From Planctomycetaceae bacterium (GTDB lineage: Bacteria; Planctomycetota; Planctomycetia; Planctomycetales; Planctomycetaceae), in NCBI GenBank assembly GCA_028291565.1, contig JAQGHT010000082.1, positions 1-48,768 on the forward strand: a DNA stretch of 48,768 nt, written 5' to 3'. Positions 9,302-18,599 of this stretch are shown here, piece after piece. The notes under the pieces were generated by a model. It searched no databases and was not told the DNA's origin. It saw only the letters and a list, made by a program, of their open reading frames with translations. The number at the start of each line of letters is the position of its first letter. The stretch's first letter is position 1. Both the position numbers and the translations under genes were made by a program.

Positions 9302-10426
9302 TCACCGTCCGAATTGGGAGCGGTTACCCAGTCTCTGGCCGTGAATGCGGAGCCGCCGTCCCATTTCGAGTTGGTCCGGCTCCCACGCCTGAAGTGCTTC
9401 AATAACGTCGCCCTTGGCCATAGTCAAATGGTTTCTCAGAGCTGTGGCGTTCGCGGCCGCCTTGGCGGTACTCGCCGCCGTATGGGGCCGTGGAACGAAT
9501 GCCGCGTCCCCGGTCAGGCAGACTCGCCCGAACGCCATCTTCGGCACGGCAAGATCGTGGATCGTCTGCACGAACGGCTCGCGTGTCCCTTCGACGAGCC
9601 TCCGAAAGGTGGGGGGCAGGATGCGACGGGCCTCTTCATACAGCCAATCCGTCATGGTGGTACTAACGAAGCCCTGCGGTACGGAAAACTCAAGCCTCCT
9701 GCCGTCCTTATCGGTCAGTACGCGGTCGAGCTCGGGCCCGGGGGCGGCATTGATGTACCACACCCAGTTAATTCGCCGCTGACCGGGGGTTACAACTCCG
9801 CCTAGTCCAGGAATCAAGTAGCATAGGATGTGCGTGTGCGATGCCTGGAAGAAGGTGAATCGTCCTGCGAACTCCCTGGCGAGTTCCGGGTGTTCAGCCT
9901 CTGGCACCACGCCCCGCCATGCGACGTACCCAGCGTACTCGGCGACGACCTGGGGCAGAAGTTGCTGCCTGACCAGTGAGCCGGGGCCGTCTGCCCCGAT
10001 CAGTAAGTCGCATTCTTCGGTACGACCGCCATCGAAATGCGCGACGATTCGCTGACTGTCATCGAATCGTTGGAAATGCGTTTCGGTATGGTACTTGTCG
10101 TCCGGGAACTTTTCCCGCAGCTTGCGGTAGAGCATGTCCCACGACGTCATGTCCTGGGCCATCCGCCCATCCTCAGCCACAGTGCCGTCGTGATTCAAAT
10201 AGCGGCGGTCCCGTACCGGCACGCTAATCTCGTTCGTCGTGCCAATACTATACCGGCGGAACAATTCCGTAACTTCGCTCTGGAGGACGATCCCGGCGCC
10301 CCGGTCGCGCATCAGGCCGGACGACTTCTCGAACACACTCACGCCGTAGCCGAGGTCACGCAAGGCAATGGCGCTAAACAGCCCGCCCAGCGAGCCGCCG
10401 ATCACGACGACCTTGGGAGTCAACAT
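9302..10426 (-). CDS. FAD-dependent aromatic-ring monooxygenase (dihydroxypyridine/salicylate hydroxylase-like)
   Basis: N-terminal VVVIGGSLGGLFSAIALRDLGYGVSVFEKS (GxGxxG), DLLIGADGPGS, and a C-terminal GDAA motif. AGGAGGAAAA Shine-Dalgarno lies before ATG 10426. Confidence 0.8.
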   Translation of the reverse strand: MLTPKVVVIGGSLGGLFSAIALRDLGYGVSVFEKSSGLMRDRGAGIVLQSEVTELFRRYSIGTTNEISVPVRDRRYLNHDGTVAEDGRMAQDMTSWDMLYRKLREKFPDDKYHTETHFQRFDDSQRIVAHFDGGRTEECDLLIGADGPGSLVRQQLLPQVVAEYAGYVAWRGVVPEAEHPELAREFAGRFTFFQASHTHILCYLIPGLGGVVTPGQRRINWVWYINAAPGPELDRVLTDKDGRRLEFSVPQGFVSTTMTDWLYEEARRILPPTFRRLVEGTREPFVQTIHDLAVPKMAFGRVCLTGDAAFVPRPHTAASTAKAAANATALRNHLTMAKGDVIEALQAWEPDQLEMGRRLRIHGQRLGNRSQFGR

Positions 10427-11118
10427 GTCGGTTTTCCTCCTGCCGGGTCCAGGCGACAGGTGCCGCCTTCGGCGGTATCAAGCGGCTCAGATGCCTGCTC
10501 GAACGCGGCCAGAAAATCAGTCACGTTCCGCGCGCCGGACATCGCGACCTTGCCGTTGATGACGAAGAATGGCACGCCCGACACGCCGAGCCGACGGGCG
10601 TCAAGCTCTTCTTCGTGGATGTCTCCCTTGCTGTTCAGCAACGACTCTGCTCGGATGCGGTCTAGTCCAGCTTTCGCGACAATGTCAAGTAGGATGGCTC
10701 GGTTGCTGATGTCCTGGCCTTCAGAAAAATAGCCCTTGAACAAGGCTTCCACCACTGCATCCTGAATACCTTCTTTTGCTGCCAGCGCAATCAGCCGATG
10801 GGCGTCGAACGTGTTCGGCGTGCGTTCCATCAGGTCATGTGCGAAGGTGATGCCCTCAGTGGCTCCGACCTTCGCCACCTGGGCATCCAGTTCTTGCGAT
10901 TTCTGCCAGCTACCGAACTTGGCCGAGCGGTACTCCCGCCGATTCATGCCTCCTGGAGGCATCTGCGGGTTGAGTTGGAACGGCAGCCACCGCACCTGAA
11001 CGGTCTTGCCGCCGGGGAGGGCTTTAATCGCCCGCTCCAATCGCCGTTTACCCACGAAGCACCACGGGCAGATCACGTCCGATACGATATCCACAGTCAG
11101 TATGTTACTGTCGCTCAT
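10420..11118 (-). CDS. DsbA-family thiol oxidoreductase (FrnE / 2-hydroxychromene-2-carboxylate isomerase-like)
   Basis: DIVSDVICPWCFVGKRRLE carries a CPWC active site, followed by the GVSGVPFFVINGK motif. The 4-nt ATGA overlap with the upstream gene suggests translational coupling. Confidence 0.8.
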   Translation of the reverse strand: MSDSNILTVDIVSDVICPWCFVGKRRLERAIKALPGGKTVQVRWLPFQLNPQMPPGGMNRREYRSAKFGSWQKSQELDAQVAKVGATEGITFAHDLMERTPNTFDAHRLIALAAKEGIQDAVVEALFKGYFSEGQDISNRAILLDIVAKAGLDRIRAESLLNSKGDIHEEELDARRLGVSGVPFFVINGKVAMSGARNVTDFLAAFEQASEPLDTAEGGTCRLDPAGGKPTC

Positions 11119-12296
11119 CCCTTGCCTCCTTCGAGTTTCATTTTGGACCGCCGCCGCACGGCGTAGCCGTAGGGCAACGGCCACGTCGCTTCGGCTTCCA
11201 TTTCGGTCTGGGCGCGGATCGCCCAGTATGGTTCGCGGAGTAACTGCCGGCCGATGAATATCACGTCTGCATCACCCCGGCAAATAATATCGTTGGCCTC
11301 GCCCGGCTCGGTGATAAGACCCACCGCCCCGGTGGCGATCCCGGCCTCGCGGCGGATGTCAGCGGCAAACGGCACCTGATACCCCTTGGACACCGGGATT
11401 GACGCGACTGGCACAGTCCCGCCGGTAGACACGTCGATCAGGTCAACGCCTGCGGCCTTGAGCTTCCGGGCTAAAGTCACCGACTGAGGGCCGTCCCAGC
11501 CCTCCTCGACCCAATCGGTTGCCGAAATGCGGACGAACAGCGGCATGGACTCAGGGATCGCGGCCCGCACCCGCCCGGCAACCTCCAGGAGCAGCCGCAT
11601 TCGGTTGTCGAGCGAGCCGCCGTACCCGTCCTTCCGCCGGTTGCTGATCGGGGACAAGAACGAATGGAACAGATAGCCGTGTGCTGCATGGATTTCGATG
11701 AGGTCAAACCCGGCCTGGATGGCGCGGTGGGCGCTAGCGATGAACGCCTCGGCCACGCGCTCCAGACCCGCTACGTCCAGTTCTGTTGGCAGTGGGCTTC
11801 CCATCCCGAAGGGAACAGGGCTAGGGCCGACAACCGGCCAGCCCCCCTCGTCCTCCATAAGCGGTTCGCCGCCTTTCCACGGCACGTCACAACTCGATTT
11901 GCGCCCCGCGTGGGCAATCTGGATGCCGATCTTCTTGCCCTGGCCATGAACGAACTTAACGATGCGAGCCAGTGGTTCGATTTGATCGTCTTTCCATAGC
12001 CCAAGGCAGCCCGGTGTAATGCGGGCTTCGGGCAGGACGCCCGTGGCCTCGACGACGATCAAACCGACGCCGCCACAGGCGCGGCTGCCGAGGTGTACGA
12101 GGTGCCAGTCGTCCGCGAAGCCGTCCTTGGCGACGTACTGGCACATGGGAGCCATCGCCACGCGGTTCGGCAGCGTCAGCCCCCGAATCACCATCGGCGT
12201 CAACAAGTCCGTCTCGGGTCGCATCCGATCGTGTTCATCCGCGGTCGGACAGCGGCCATGCCTGTCCGCTAGCATACGGGCAGTCGTTTCTAACAT
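11115..12296 (-). CDS. NADH:flavin oxidoreductase, Old Yellow Enzyme family (YqjM/NamA-like)
   Basis: LTLPNRVAMAPMCQY, HAAHGYLFHSFLSPISNRRKDGYGGSLDNR and a C-terminal FIGRQLLREPYW. ATG 12296 has a GAAGGAGA Shine-Dalgarno 5 nt upstream. Confidence 0.85.
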   Translation of the reverse strand: MLETTARMLADRHGRCPTADEHDRMRPETDLLTPMVIRGLTLPNRVAMAPMCQYVAKDGFADDWHLVHLGSRACGGVGLIVVEATGVLPEARITPGCLGLWKDDQIEPLARIVKFVHGQGKKIGIQIAHAGRKSSCDVPWKGGEPLMEDEGGWPVVGPSPVPFGMGSPLPTELDVAGLERVAEAFIASAHRAIQAGFDLIEIHAAHGYLFHSFLSPISNRRKDGYGGSLDNRMRLLLEVAGRVRAAIPESMPLFVRISATDWVEEGWDGPQSVTLARKLKAAGVDLIDVSTGGTVPVASIPVSKGYQVPFAADIRREAGIATGAVGLITEPGEANDIICRGDADVIFIGRQLLREPYWAIRAQTEMEAEATWPLPYGYAVRRRSKMKLEGGKG

Positions 12297-12392
12297 TTTA
12301 TCTCCTTCAAAAGCCCGCCCCGCCCCCCAATTGAGCGAGGCCACCAAGGTAGTAGTGGGAACGACAACAGGGGCCGTCCTCCTAAACCGGCT

Positions 12393-13472
12393 TCAGCGCT
12401 TCGTCACCCGCTCCGGGTACATGCGGTTGATGATGTTGTAATTCAGGGCCGTCCAGTATTCGGACTGGCCGTGATCGATGAACGTGGCCTCGTCCGCTTC
12501 GATGGCCGCATTGCACTGCGTCATCAGGAAGTCCTCAGCGTCGGTCATGCCGTCGAACGACAGGACGCTGATCCCGTCCCATGTGGAGCCGACCGGGTGC
12601 CAGAACAATTCGTCCTGCTTGGCCGGACCGATGTTGTGAAGCTGGACGTATCGCCGGAGATACTGGTGAGATGACGGCATCGACAGCACAAGGGCGGCGT
12701 GTTCGTGCAGCCAGCGTTTCTGGAACTCCTCGCGGCTTCGCACCGGATTTCGACGGTGAACCTTGATGACGCTGACCGCCTCGCGGTGGCGGGGGCTGGC
12801 AATCAATATGTGTTCACGGGCGATCATGTGCGGCACGGAGCGGAACATGACTTGCTCTTCCGGCACGATCTTGGCCGGGAACTTGCCGCTACCGAATGAG
12901 AGCGTTAGGTCTTCGAGCGACTTGAAGGCCATGTAGGCAAACCCGTCGTATGTCGGCCGCTTATACGCCGGAATCCCCCCGATGATTTTGGAGTGCAGCC
13001 GCCCGTTCCCGTCCAGGGGGGCGGCATACGGTGGCGGGAAGTGCGATGTGGGACCGCCGGGGACGCGGTGAACCTGATCGTACCGGAGCATGACGGCCAT
13101 GCTCTTATCCTCGGGGCCATCCTCATAGGTGAACCGCATCCCGTGGATTTTCCGCCAGTATTCGTCCCACTTTTCATAAGCGAGGTTCGGGTTCGGCTCG
13201 AACGCCAGGGCCGAAGGGTCGGCGTCTGGGTTCGCAATCGGCAGTCCGTCGCGGCCAACGACGTTTTTCGGGTCGCGGGGCCGGTCCGCCTGCGGTGTCG
13301 AATCGGCTCGCGAGAGAAAGGCGGGCAGGACGATCAACGGCTCATCCGTGGCCTGGAACGTGGCCAGATACGGGGGCCGTAGCCCCGTTTCGGAGCCGTC
13401 CTTGAGGGCGCCGTTCGTGCGTCCCTTCGCTTCGGCGATCCGGGCTTCGGGTTCCTTTCGTAACGTGGTCAT
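12393..13472 (-). CDS. Protein of unknown function with two EthD-like (dimeric alpha/beta-barrel) halves
   Basis: The C-terminal half (VIKVHRRNPVRSREEFQKRWLHEHAALV...RRYVQLH...DGISVLSFDGMTDAEDF...EADEATFID) fits the EthD pattern. The N-terminal half (YDGFAYMAFKSLEDL...PEEQVMF) is a weaker second copy. First gene of the operon, with a good ATG and a purine-rich RBS. Confidence 0.5.
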   Translation of the reverse strand: MTTLRKEPEARIAEAKGRTNGALKDGSETGLRPPYLATFQATDEPLIVLPAFLSRADSTPQADRPRDPKNVVGRDGLPIANPDADPSALAFEPNPNLAYEKWDEYWRKIHGMRFTYEDGPEDKSMAVMLRYDQVHRVPGGPTSHFPPPYAAPLDGNGRLHSKIIGGIPAYKRPTYDGFAYMAFKSLEDLTLSFGSGKFPAKIVPEEQVMFRSVPHMIAREHILIASPRHREAVSVIKVHRRNPVRSREEFQKRWLHEHAALVLSMPSSHQYLRRYVQLHNIGPAKQDELFWHPVGSTWDGISVLSFDGMTDAEDFLMTQCNAAIEADEATFIDHGQSEYWTALNYNIINRMYPERVTKR

Positions 13473-13502
13473 GGCTTTCCCTTCCTGAGTTGTTTATTGT
13501 CT

Positions 13503-13526
13503 CTTGGAGCATGCTATAATCCCAAG
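13503..13526 (+). promoter_or_regulatory. Candidate promoter/operator of the divergent hxlR-like / redox-operon intergenic region
   Basis: CTTGG-AGCATGCT-ATAATC-CCAAG. A 5-bp inverted repeat flanks an 8-bp palindrome, and a perfect TATAAT (13515-13520) sits 59 nt before ATG 13579. Confidence 0.35.
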
Positions 13527-13578
13527 GTGCGGAATATCAAGTAGGCACCTTTCGGTTCCCTGGCAACCTGTGGAAACC

Positions 13579-13958
13579 ATGACTGACAAAACGATCCTCT
13601 ATTACGAGAACTATCCTTCTCGCCGCCTGCTGGACTTGATTGGCGACAAATGGAAGCCCATCGTCCTTTACATCCTGAGGCAGGGTACGCGCCGACACGG
13701 AGAGCTTCAGCGGCAACTGCCAGACGTGTCGAAAAAATGCTGACCCAGACACTTAGGCGTCTGGAGAATGACGGCCTGCTGACCCGTACGGTTTACGCAG
13801 AAGTGCCGCCGAAGGTCGAATACAGCTTGACAGAATTGGGCCGGGTGTTCCTTGGCCCAATCCAGGACCTATGCGCTTGGGCGATCGATCACACTAAGGA
13901 CCTGGACCTTGTGGATGCCAACCGCAAGAAGGCGGACGAACTAGAAACGGGATCATAA
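13579..13958 (+). pseudogene. HxlR-family (DUF24) transcriptional regulator, interrupted by a 1-nt frameshift in an A6 run
   Basis: Frame 1 gives [37 protein letters not shown] then a stop. The next frame continues [35 protein letters not shown]. An A7 instead of A6 at 13732-13737 restores the canonical ..ISxKMLTQxLRxLE.. helix. Confidence 0.8.
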
Positions 13959-14191
13959 GACGCTGATCGTCCTCAATGGAATTGCGTTGCGTCGGTCCCA
14001 TTAACCCTGACAGCGGAACAACCGCCAGCGCTGATCTCAGAGATACCAGGATGGGGTGGGCCCCAAACCAGTCAAGGCCGACTTCGATCGGGATAAACAC
14101 CAACAGCCAGTCCAAGTGCATCACACGGATCCTACTGAGAGTATGTCGGCAAAAGGATGGGAGCAGTGGCCCGGCATCGCCCCACGGAGGA

Positions 14192-14794
14192 TCATTCGAT
14201 CGTTTGCTCGTCGGCATGCACGAGCGGGCCGTCGACAACATGTTCAGCGACAAACCAGACCTGCGTCTCGTTCATGCGGATGACGCTGCTAACCAGGAGG
14301 TCATTGGTACCGTCGTCCCCTTGTTGAGCTGCCAACCGAGCCATCGCGCGGGTTTCCCTCAGCACAATCTCGTGTGCGTGCAGCAACCGCGAGATCTGCA
14401 CGGGGACCTCCTCACGGCCCTTTGGGGGGCGCGGAACCAGTGTCATTTCGGCGACATCCGCGGACATTGCTACGCTGACGCCTCCTAGTATCATGATCCG
14501 CTCGCCGATGAGGTCGACCAACTCGTTTTGCTCGTTGAAGTGTCTGTCGAACAAGAGGTGCAACTGATAAAACGTCGGACCGGACACCTGCCAGTGGTGT
14601 TTCTTGTACAAGTCGCGCAGCGTAATCGTATCCGCTAAGAGCTGGTTAAGGTTGGTCTGACTCTCCCGGCGGGTCTTCTCATCGAGAACGATTGGCATCG
14701 ATACGACTGACCCAAAAGCCTGGATTTCGTGCGCGCGTTGCCCAGACAGCGGTCTGGCAGAACGAGCGAATTCGGTATCTGCAGAAATGCTCAT
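14192..14794 (-). CDS. dps: Dps-family ferritin-like DNA-protection protein
   Basis: LNQLLADTITLRDLYKKHHWQVSGPTFYQLHLLFDRHFNEQNELVDLIGERI is the Dps ferroxidase-site signature. AGGAGAAAA Shine-Dalgarno lies before the ATG. Confidence 0.85.
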   Translation of the reverse strand: MSISADTEFARSARPLSGQRAHEIQAFGSVVSMPIVLDEKTRRESQTNLNQLLADTITLRDLYKKHHWQVSGPTFYQLHLLFDRHFNEQNELVDLIGERIMILGGVSVAMSADVAEMTLVPRPPKGREEVPVQISRLLHAHEIVLRETRAMARLAAQQGDDGTNDLLVSSVIRMNETQVWFVAEHVVDGPLVHADEQTIE

Positions 14795-15228
14795 GTTTTT
14801 CTCCTAGGGTTCCTGAATGGATTAGAAAAAGTATGGCGGCTTTCGAGCCAATCGAGGCGAGTCATGCCGCGTTCGGTACTGCATCGCTTGGAAATCATGG
14901 CACGCACCTTTTCATTGAAACAGGTTGTTTTTGGCCAGGCAGATCACAGTCACGCTCTTCGGTCCTTGTAATAGAGGTCAATCGGTTCTGCGGTTTTCTG
15001 TCCGACGGTCAGGTACGGCATTCGATCTCTCCACTTCTGTGAAATGTGTCCTGACCCGGACCGTGAGGGACCTGAAAATCGTTGCAGTCGATCCTGGGAC
15101 CGTCGGTCAATTGCGCACGAAGTGTTGGCACGTTATATCTAAGCGCACGGGGTGGACAGCGCCACGTTGTTAATGATCGGTATTCGGTCGAGGTTGGAGA
15201 CTTCAAACATCATTTGCCGGTCCGATAC

Positions 15229-16863
15229 TCAGCGCACGTTACTTTGGCTGATCAAGTGCGTGACCCGCGGAAGATCTGGGCCAACAATTAACTGTTTCGC
15301 TCGCTCCTGGACCGCCTGGTCGGCAACCGTCACCCTTTCGTGCTGTCGTAAATGCTCGATCCAAGATTCGACAAGAAAAACCTCGACAAAGCATTCCGGA
15401 CGTTCTGCATTGGAAAAGAGGTCCCAACGGAGCGCGCCATCCCGAAGTCGAATCTCACGCAGGTCGCCCAGTACTCGGCGGAATTCTGCTTCATGGCTTG
15501 AATCAATTCGGTATTCGACTATGACGAGGACGGGGCCATTGTCATATTGCAAAACGGAAACTGGCGGAGCGTCCGGCCAGTGTCCCGACGGTTCGAAATT
15601 CTCCAAGCCCGTCGGTAAACGGAATCTGGCGGTGACAATTGATCCAACAATTGTCGAGACCGAAGCTAGGGCCAATGCGTTTGAAATCCCTATGCGATCG
15701 GCGATCGCACCCCAGAAAGCACTTCCGGCAGCCATGCCTCCGTAAAGCGCCAGGATGTATACGGCCAGCGCTCGCGCGCGGACCCAGCGCGGTAACAACG
15801 CCTGCGATGCCGAGCTTAGAATGGTGAGAAGGATGAGCCATGCCGCACCGACAAAAATCATAGCGGCGCACCACGCAGGAAATGAGGCGACATACGCAAC
15901 GACGATTGTCCCACCAGCGTAGATCGCCGATCCTATCGCAATGAGGGCGCCGGCACTTATTCGTTTCTGAAACGAGGGAAGCAAGAGCGTACCTCCCACA
16001 GCGCCAACCCCCATGCAGCCAAGCAGCAAACCGTAAGCAGTAGCTTCGTCTCCGAACTTCAGCCGAGACGCAGCCGGCAACAACGCAAGAAGGGCGCTGG
16101 CGGAAGTTACAAAGGCCGTTACTCGCCAGAGAACCAGCCGGAAGTCAGGGGCATGTCTGACATAGCGAACGCCAGCCCACATCGCGCCCCAAAGGCGTTC
16201 GGCTGGCAACGGAGTATTATGCACCGGGTTTCGCCAGAGGGCCAACACCACGACAACTCCGATGAACGATAGAGCATTCAATAGGAAAGCGGCCTCGGCG
16301 CCGAATGCAGCTACTAATGCACCGCCGATTGCCGGCCCCACAGCGCGAGAGATGTTGACGGATACGCCGTTGAGCGCCACAGCAGCCGATACCTCAGCCC
16401 GTGGTACAAGATCAGGAATCACTGCCTGCCAGGCCGGTGCGTTCAACGCGAAACCCGCCCCCAGCGCCATGGTTAAGAGCAGCAAGAAGGACGGCGTGAC
16501 CATTCCATTATGGGTTAAGACGGCGAGGGCCCCTGCGGCAACGAGCATCCACAGTTGGGCAGCCAGCAAGAGACGCCGTCGATCGACAATATCGGCGAGC
16601 GCGCCCGCAGGCAGCGCGAGCAGGAAGACTGGTAATGTGGTTACCGCCTGCACCATCGCGACCAGGAAGGGCGATGGATTCAAACTGGTCATCAACCAGG
16701 CCGCCGCCACGTTTTGCAGCCAAGTTCCAATATTCGATGTGAGGGCAGCAGCCCAGAGCCAAAAAAACATCCTGCGACGTAGCGGCGCATAGGGGGAGAC
16801 GATCGCATGTTCCTGCTCCCCGTGACCTTTCTGATTGGTATGCATATCCAAGGGTTCATTCAC
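15229..16863 (-). CDS. MFS transporter (EntS/MFS_3-like) fused to a C-terminal soluble alpha/beta-barrel-like domain
   Basis: About 12 TM helices (FFWLWAAALTSNIGTW...), then a roughly 110-aa soluble tail VLVIVEYRIDSSHEAEFRRVLGDLREIRLRDGALRWDLF..FVEVFLVESWIEHLRQHERVT. GTG 16863 overlaps the upstream stop (GTGA). The alternative start is ATG 16845. Confidence 0.8.
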   Translation of the reverse strand: MNEPLDMHTNQKGHGEQEHAIVSPYAPLRRRMFFWLWAAALTSNIGTWLQNVAAAWLMTSLNPSPFLVAMVQAVTTLPVFLLALPAGALADIVDRRRLLLAAQLWMLVAAGALAVLTHNGMVTPSFLLLLTMALGAGFALNAPAWQAVIPDLVPRAEVSAAVALNGVSVNISRAVGPAIGGALVAAFGAEAAFLLNALSFIGVVVVLALWRNPVHNTPLPAERLWGAMWAGVRYVRHAPDFRLVLWRVTAFVTSASALLALLPAASRLKFGDEATAYGLLLGCMGVGAVGGTLLLPSFQKRISAGALIAIGSAIYAGGTIVVAYVASFPAWCAAMIFVGAAWLILLTILSSASQALLPRWVRARALAVYILALYGGMAAGSAFWGAIADRIGISNALALASVSTIVGSIVTARFRLPTGLENFEPSGHWPDAPPVSVLQYDNGPVLVIVEYRIDSSHEAEFRRVLGDLREIRLRDGALRWDLFSNAERPECFVEVFLVESWIEHLRQHERVTVADQAVQERAKQLIVGPDLPRVTHLISQSNVR

Positions 16864-17603
16864 TTAGTCGTCGAGGAATAGGGTTTCGGATCTCGCGTTT
16901 TCACAGTCTTCGCCGCATCCTCGATCGCTCGATCAACCCCCGCGACGGTTTCGTCGTAATACTTGGGGCCTGCTTCGACAATCCATCGTTTCAGCGTGAA
17001 AGCTTTGCTTAAGCCCTGCTTTTGCATTCTCATTTCTGTGTCATAAGCCAAGAGGACGCCGCGAATGACGGCTCTCTCCACTTCGCCCGCCGGAATGCTG
17101 TCGTTTCCCTGGTCCTTGATCAGTGGCGCGAACGCCACGACTTCGGACCCAAGTCGGGCGGATTCTCGCAACGCAGTCCGCCCAACGCGCTCCATCAGAT
17201 CACGCGAGAGTGACTGCTCATCTCCTAATCCAATCAGCAGGAGACGTTTTGCCTTAATCGTGGTTGCGGGGACCTCGATCAGGAGAGTTTCCAGAGCTTC
17301 ACCGGAGAAATCTCCGCGACTGCGGAATGCGCCGATGACGCCCCCCAGTCGCTTATCGAGTTCGACCGGCGCGCCGGCCATGCGCTCGTCTGAACTGTCC
17401 GTTCGCTTAAAATAACAAACGATCTGCAGCGGCACGTCGGCGTCGTAAGGCCCTTGCATTCGAACGATGACCGGCAGACCATCTGGACCCGAGAGCTTTG
17501 TTTCGGTTGGCGCTCGCCCGAGCTCCTCGGCGAATGCCGTTGCTGGTATCGTGCCCCCTAATACGAACAAAAGAACGAGAGTCGTCGCGAATGTCTTCGT
17601 CAT
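16860..17603 (-). CDS. Secreted protein resembling the N-terminal (non-catalytic) domain of M17 leucyl aminopeptidases
   Basis: Signal peptide MTKTFATTLVLLFVLGGTIPATAFA. LLLIGLGDEQSLSRDLMERVGRTALRESARLG resembles the Peptidase_M17_N pattern. No catalytic domain follows. Confidence 0.45.
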   Translation of the reverse strand: MTKTFATTLVLLFVLGGTIPATAFAEELGRAPTETKLSGPDGLPVIVRMQGPYDADVPLQIVCYFKRTDSSDERMAGAPVELDKRLGGVIGAFRSRGDFSGEALETLLIEVPATTIKAKRLLLIGLGDEQSLSRDLMERVGRTALRESARLGSEVVAFAPLIKDQGNDSIPAGEVERAVIRGVLLAYDTEMRMQKQGLSKAFTLKRWIVEAGPKYYDETVAGVDRAIEDAAKTVKTRDPKPYSSTTK

Positions 17604-17661
17604 GATGTTCCCTTAGCGATTGAGATTCAACGAATAGTCTGCCTGTGCAGATTGGAAAGGA

Positions 17662-18231
17662 TTAGGCCGGTTCAACTGTTCCCGCTGAGGCTGGCCGTTT
17701 CGTTTGTAGCCACGACCGCGAAGTCCATGTGAGCAACGGCATCACAACCCAGGTTAGCACGGCCACGACTGCGGTATTCATTGCCAGGAGGTTGGCAAAC
17801 CAGGGCCAATCCGACATCGCTGGTCCCAGGAGTACACCGAGCACTCCTACCGTCAGGCAAACACCAACCCACGTTACAATCGCCATCTTCCAAATTGGGG
17901 GCGGCAACGTTTCGCTAGACCAGCGGAACCATGCCTCCATTCCTGTCACGGCGGCGACCCGTGGAGACTCCTCGAGATACGGTCGGATCCGATCGAGAAA
18001 AGCTTGATATTCCGGGGACTCTTCGAACTCGCGCCAAAGCCGCTGAGAACTAAACCTGAGAACCGCTCCATACTCACGTCCCCCGGTAGGCGGTTTCAGC
18101 ATGAGCGCGCCTTGATGGCCGGAAAACTCGACCGATTTCGGAATCCAATCCCTGACAGTTCGTTCGAATGCCTCTTCACATCCGTGGCGCACGATTCGAG
18201 TGATGACAATAGTGACCGAATCGCCGCTCAT
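17662..18231 (-). CDS. ABM (antibiotic-biosynthesis-monooxygenase-like) domain protein with a C-terminal two- to three-helix membrane anchor
   Basis: VTIVITRIVRHGCEEAFERTVRDWIPKSVEFSGHQGALMLKP...AVLRFSSQRLWREFEESPEYQAFL is followed by TM helices (WKMAIVTWVGVCLTVGVLGVLLG and AVVAVLTWVVMPLL). Confidence 0.6.
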   Translation of the reverse strand: MSGDSVTIVITRIVRHGCEEAFERTVRDWIPKSVEFSGHQGALMLKPPTGGREYGAVLRFSSQRLWREFEESPEYQAFLDRIRPYLEESPRVAAVTGMEAWFRWSSETLPPPIWKMAIVTWVGVCLTVGVLGVLLGPAMSDWPWFANLLAMNTAVVAVLTWVVMPLLTWTSRSWLQTKRPASAGTVEPA

Positions 18232-18266
18232 TGTTACTTAGAACCCGGGATGACTTCGTATTGCAA

Positions 18267-18464
18267 TCAAGACAGCGATAGCGCTGCAGCGAGACTTTCA
18301 TTGGCAACGTGTGCGATCTGTTCTTCCTCCGCAGCCAACCAAAACTCCAAGTCACGGCCTTCTGGTTGCCCTGCGGCAATCCACCTAAGATAAGCGAGGC
18401 GCGCGACATCTTCGTGCTGGCAAGATTGATTCACGACGTTTGGACCGTAGCTCATGAATTGCAT
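18267..18464 (-). CDS. Small DUF2934-like protein
   Basis: ARLAYLRWIAAGQPEGRDLEFWLAAEEE matches the DUF2934 core (R.AYe.W...G.P.G.d.edWl.AE). ATG with a GAGAGGAA RBS. Confidence 0.55.
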   Translation of the reverse strand: MQFMSYGPNVVNQSCQHEDVARLAYLRWIAAGQPEGRDLEFWLAAEEEQIAHVANESLAAALSLS

Positions 18465-18599
18465 ATCGAATTCCTCTCTGTTGTATGGGGCATTTGCATG
18501 TTGCGTCCGATTGCCAACGAGCGCTCTCGGGATTCAGCCGCGAACAGAAGTCGAGTAGTGAATACCAGATCGAAAAAAAGATTGGCAACGACTACCACC

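Noticed and set aside
14898-14913. Sigma-54-like sequence TGGCAC-GCACC-TTTTC. A similar one, TGGCAC-TTTCC-TTTCA, is at 22068..22083.
   Set aside because: The essential -12 GC is missing in both, and no plus-strand gene lies downstream of either.
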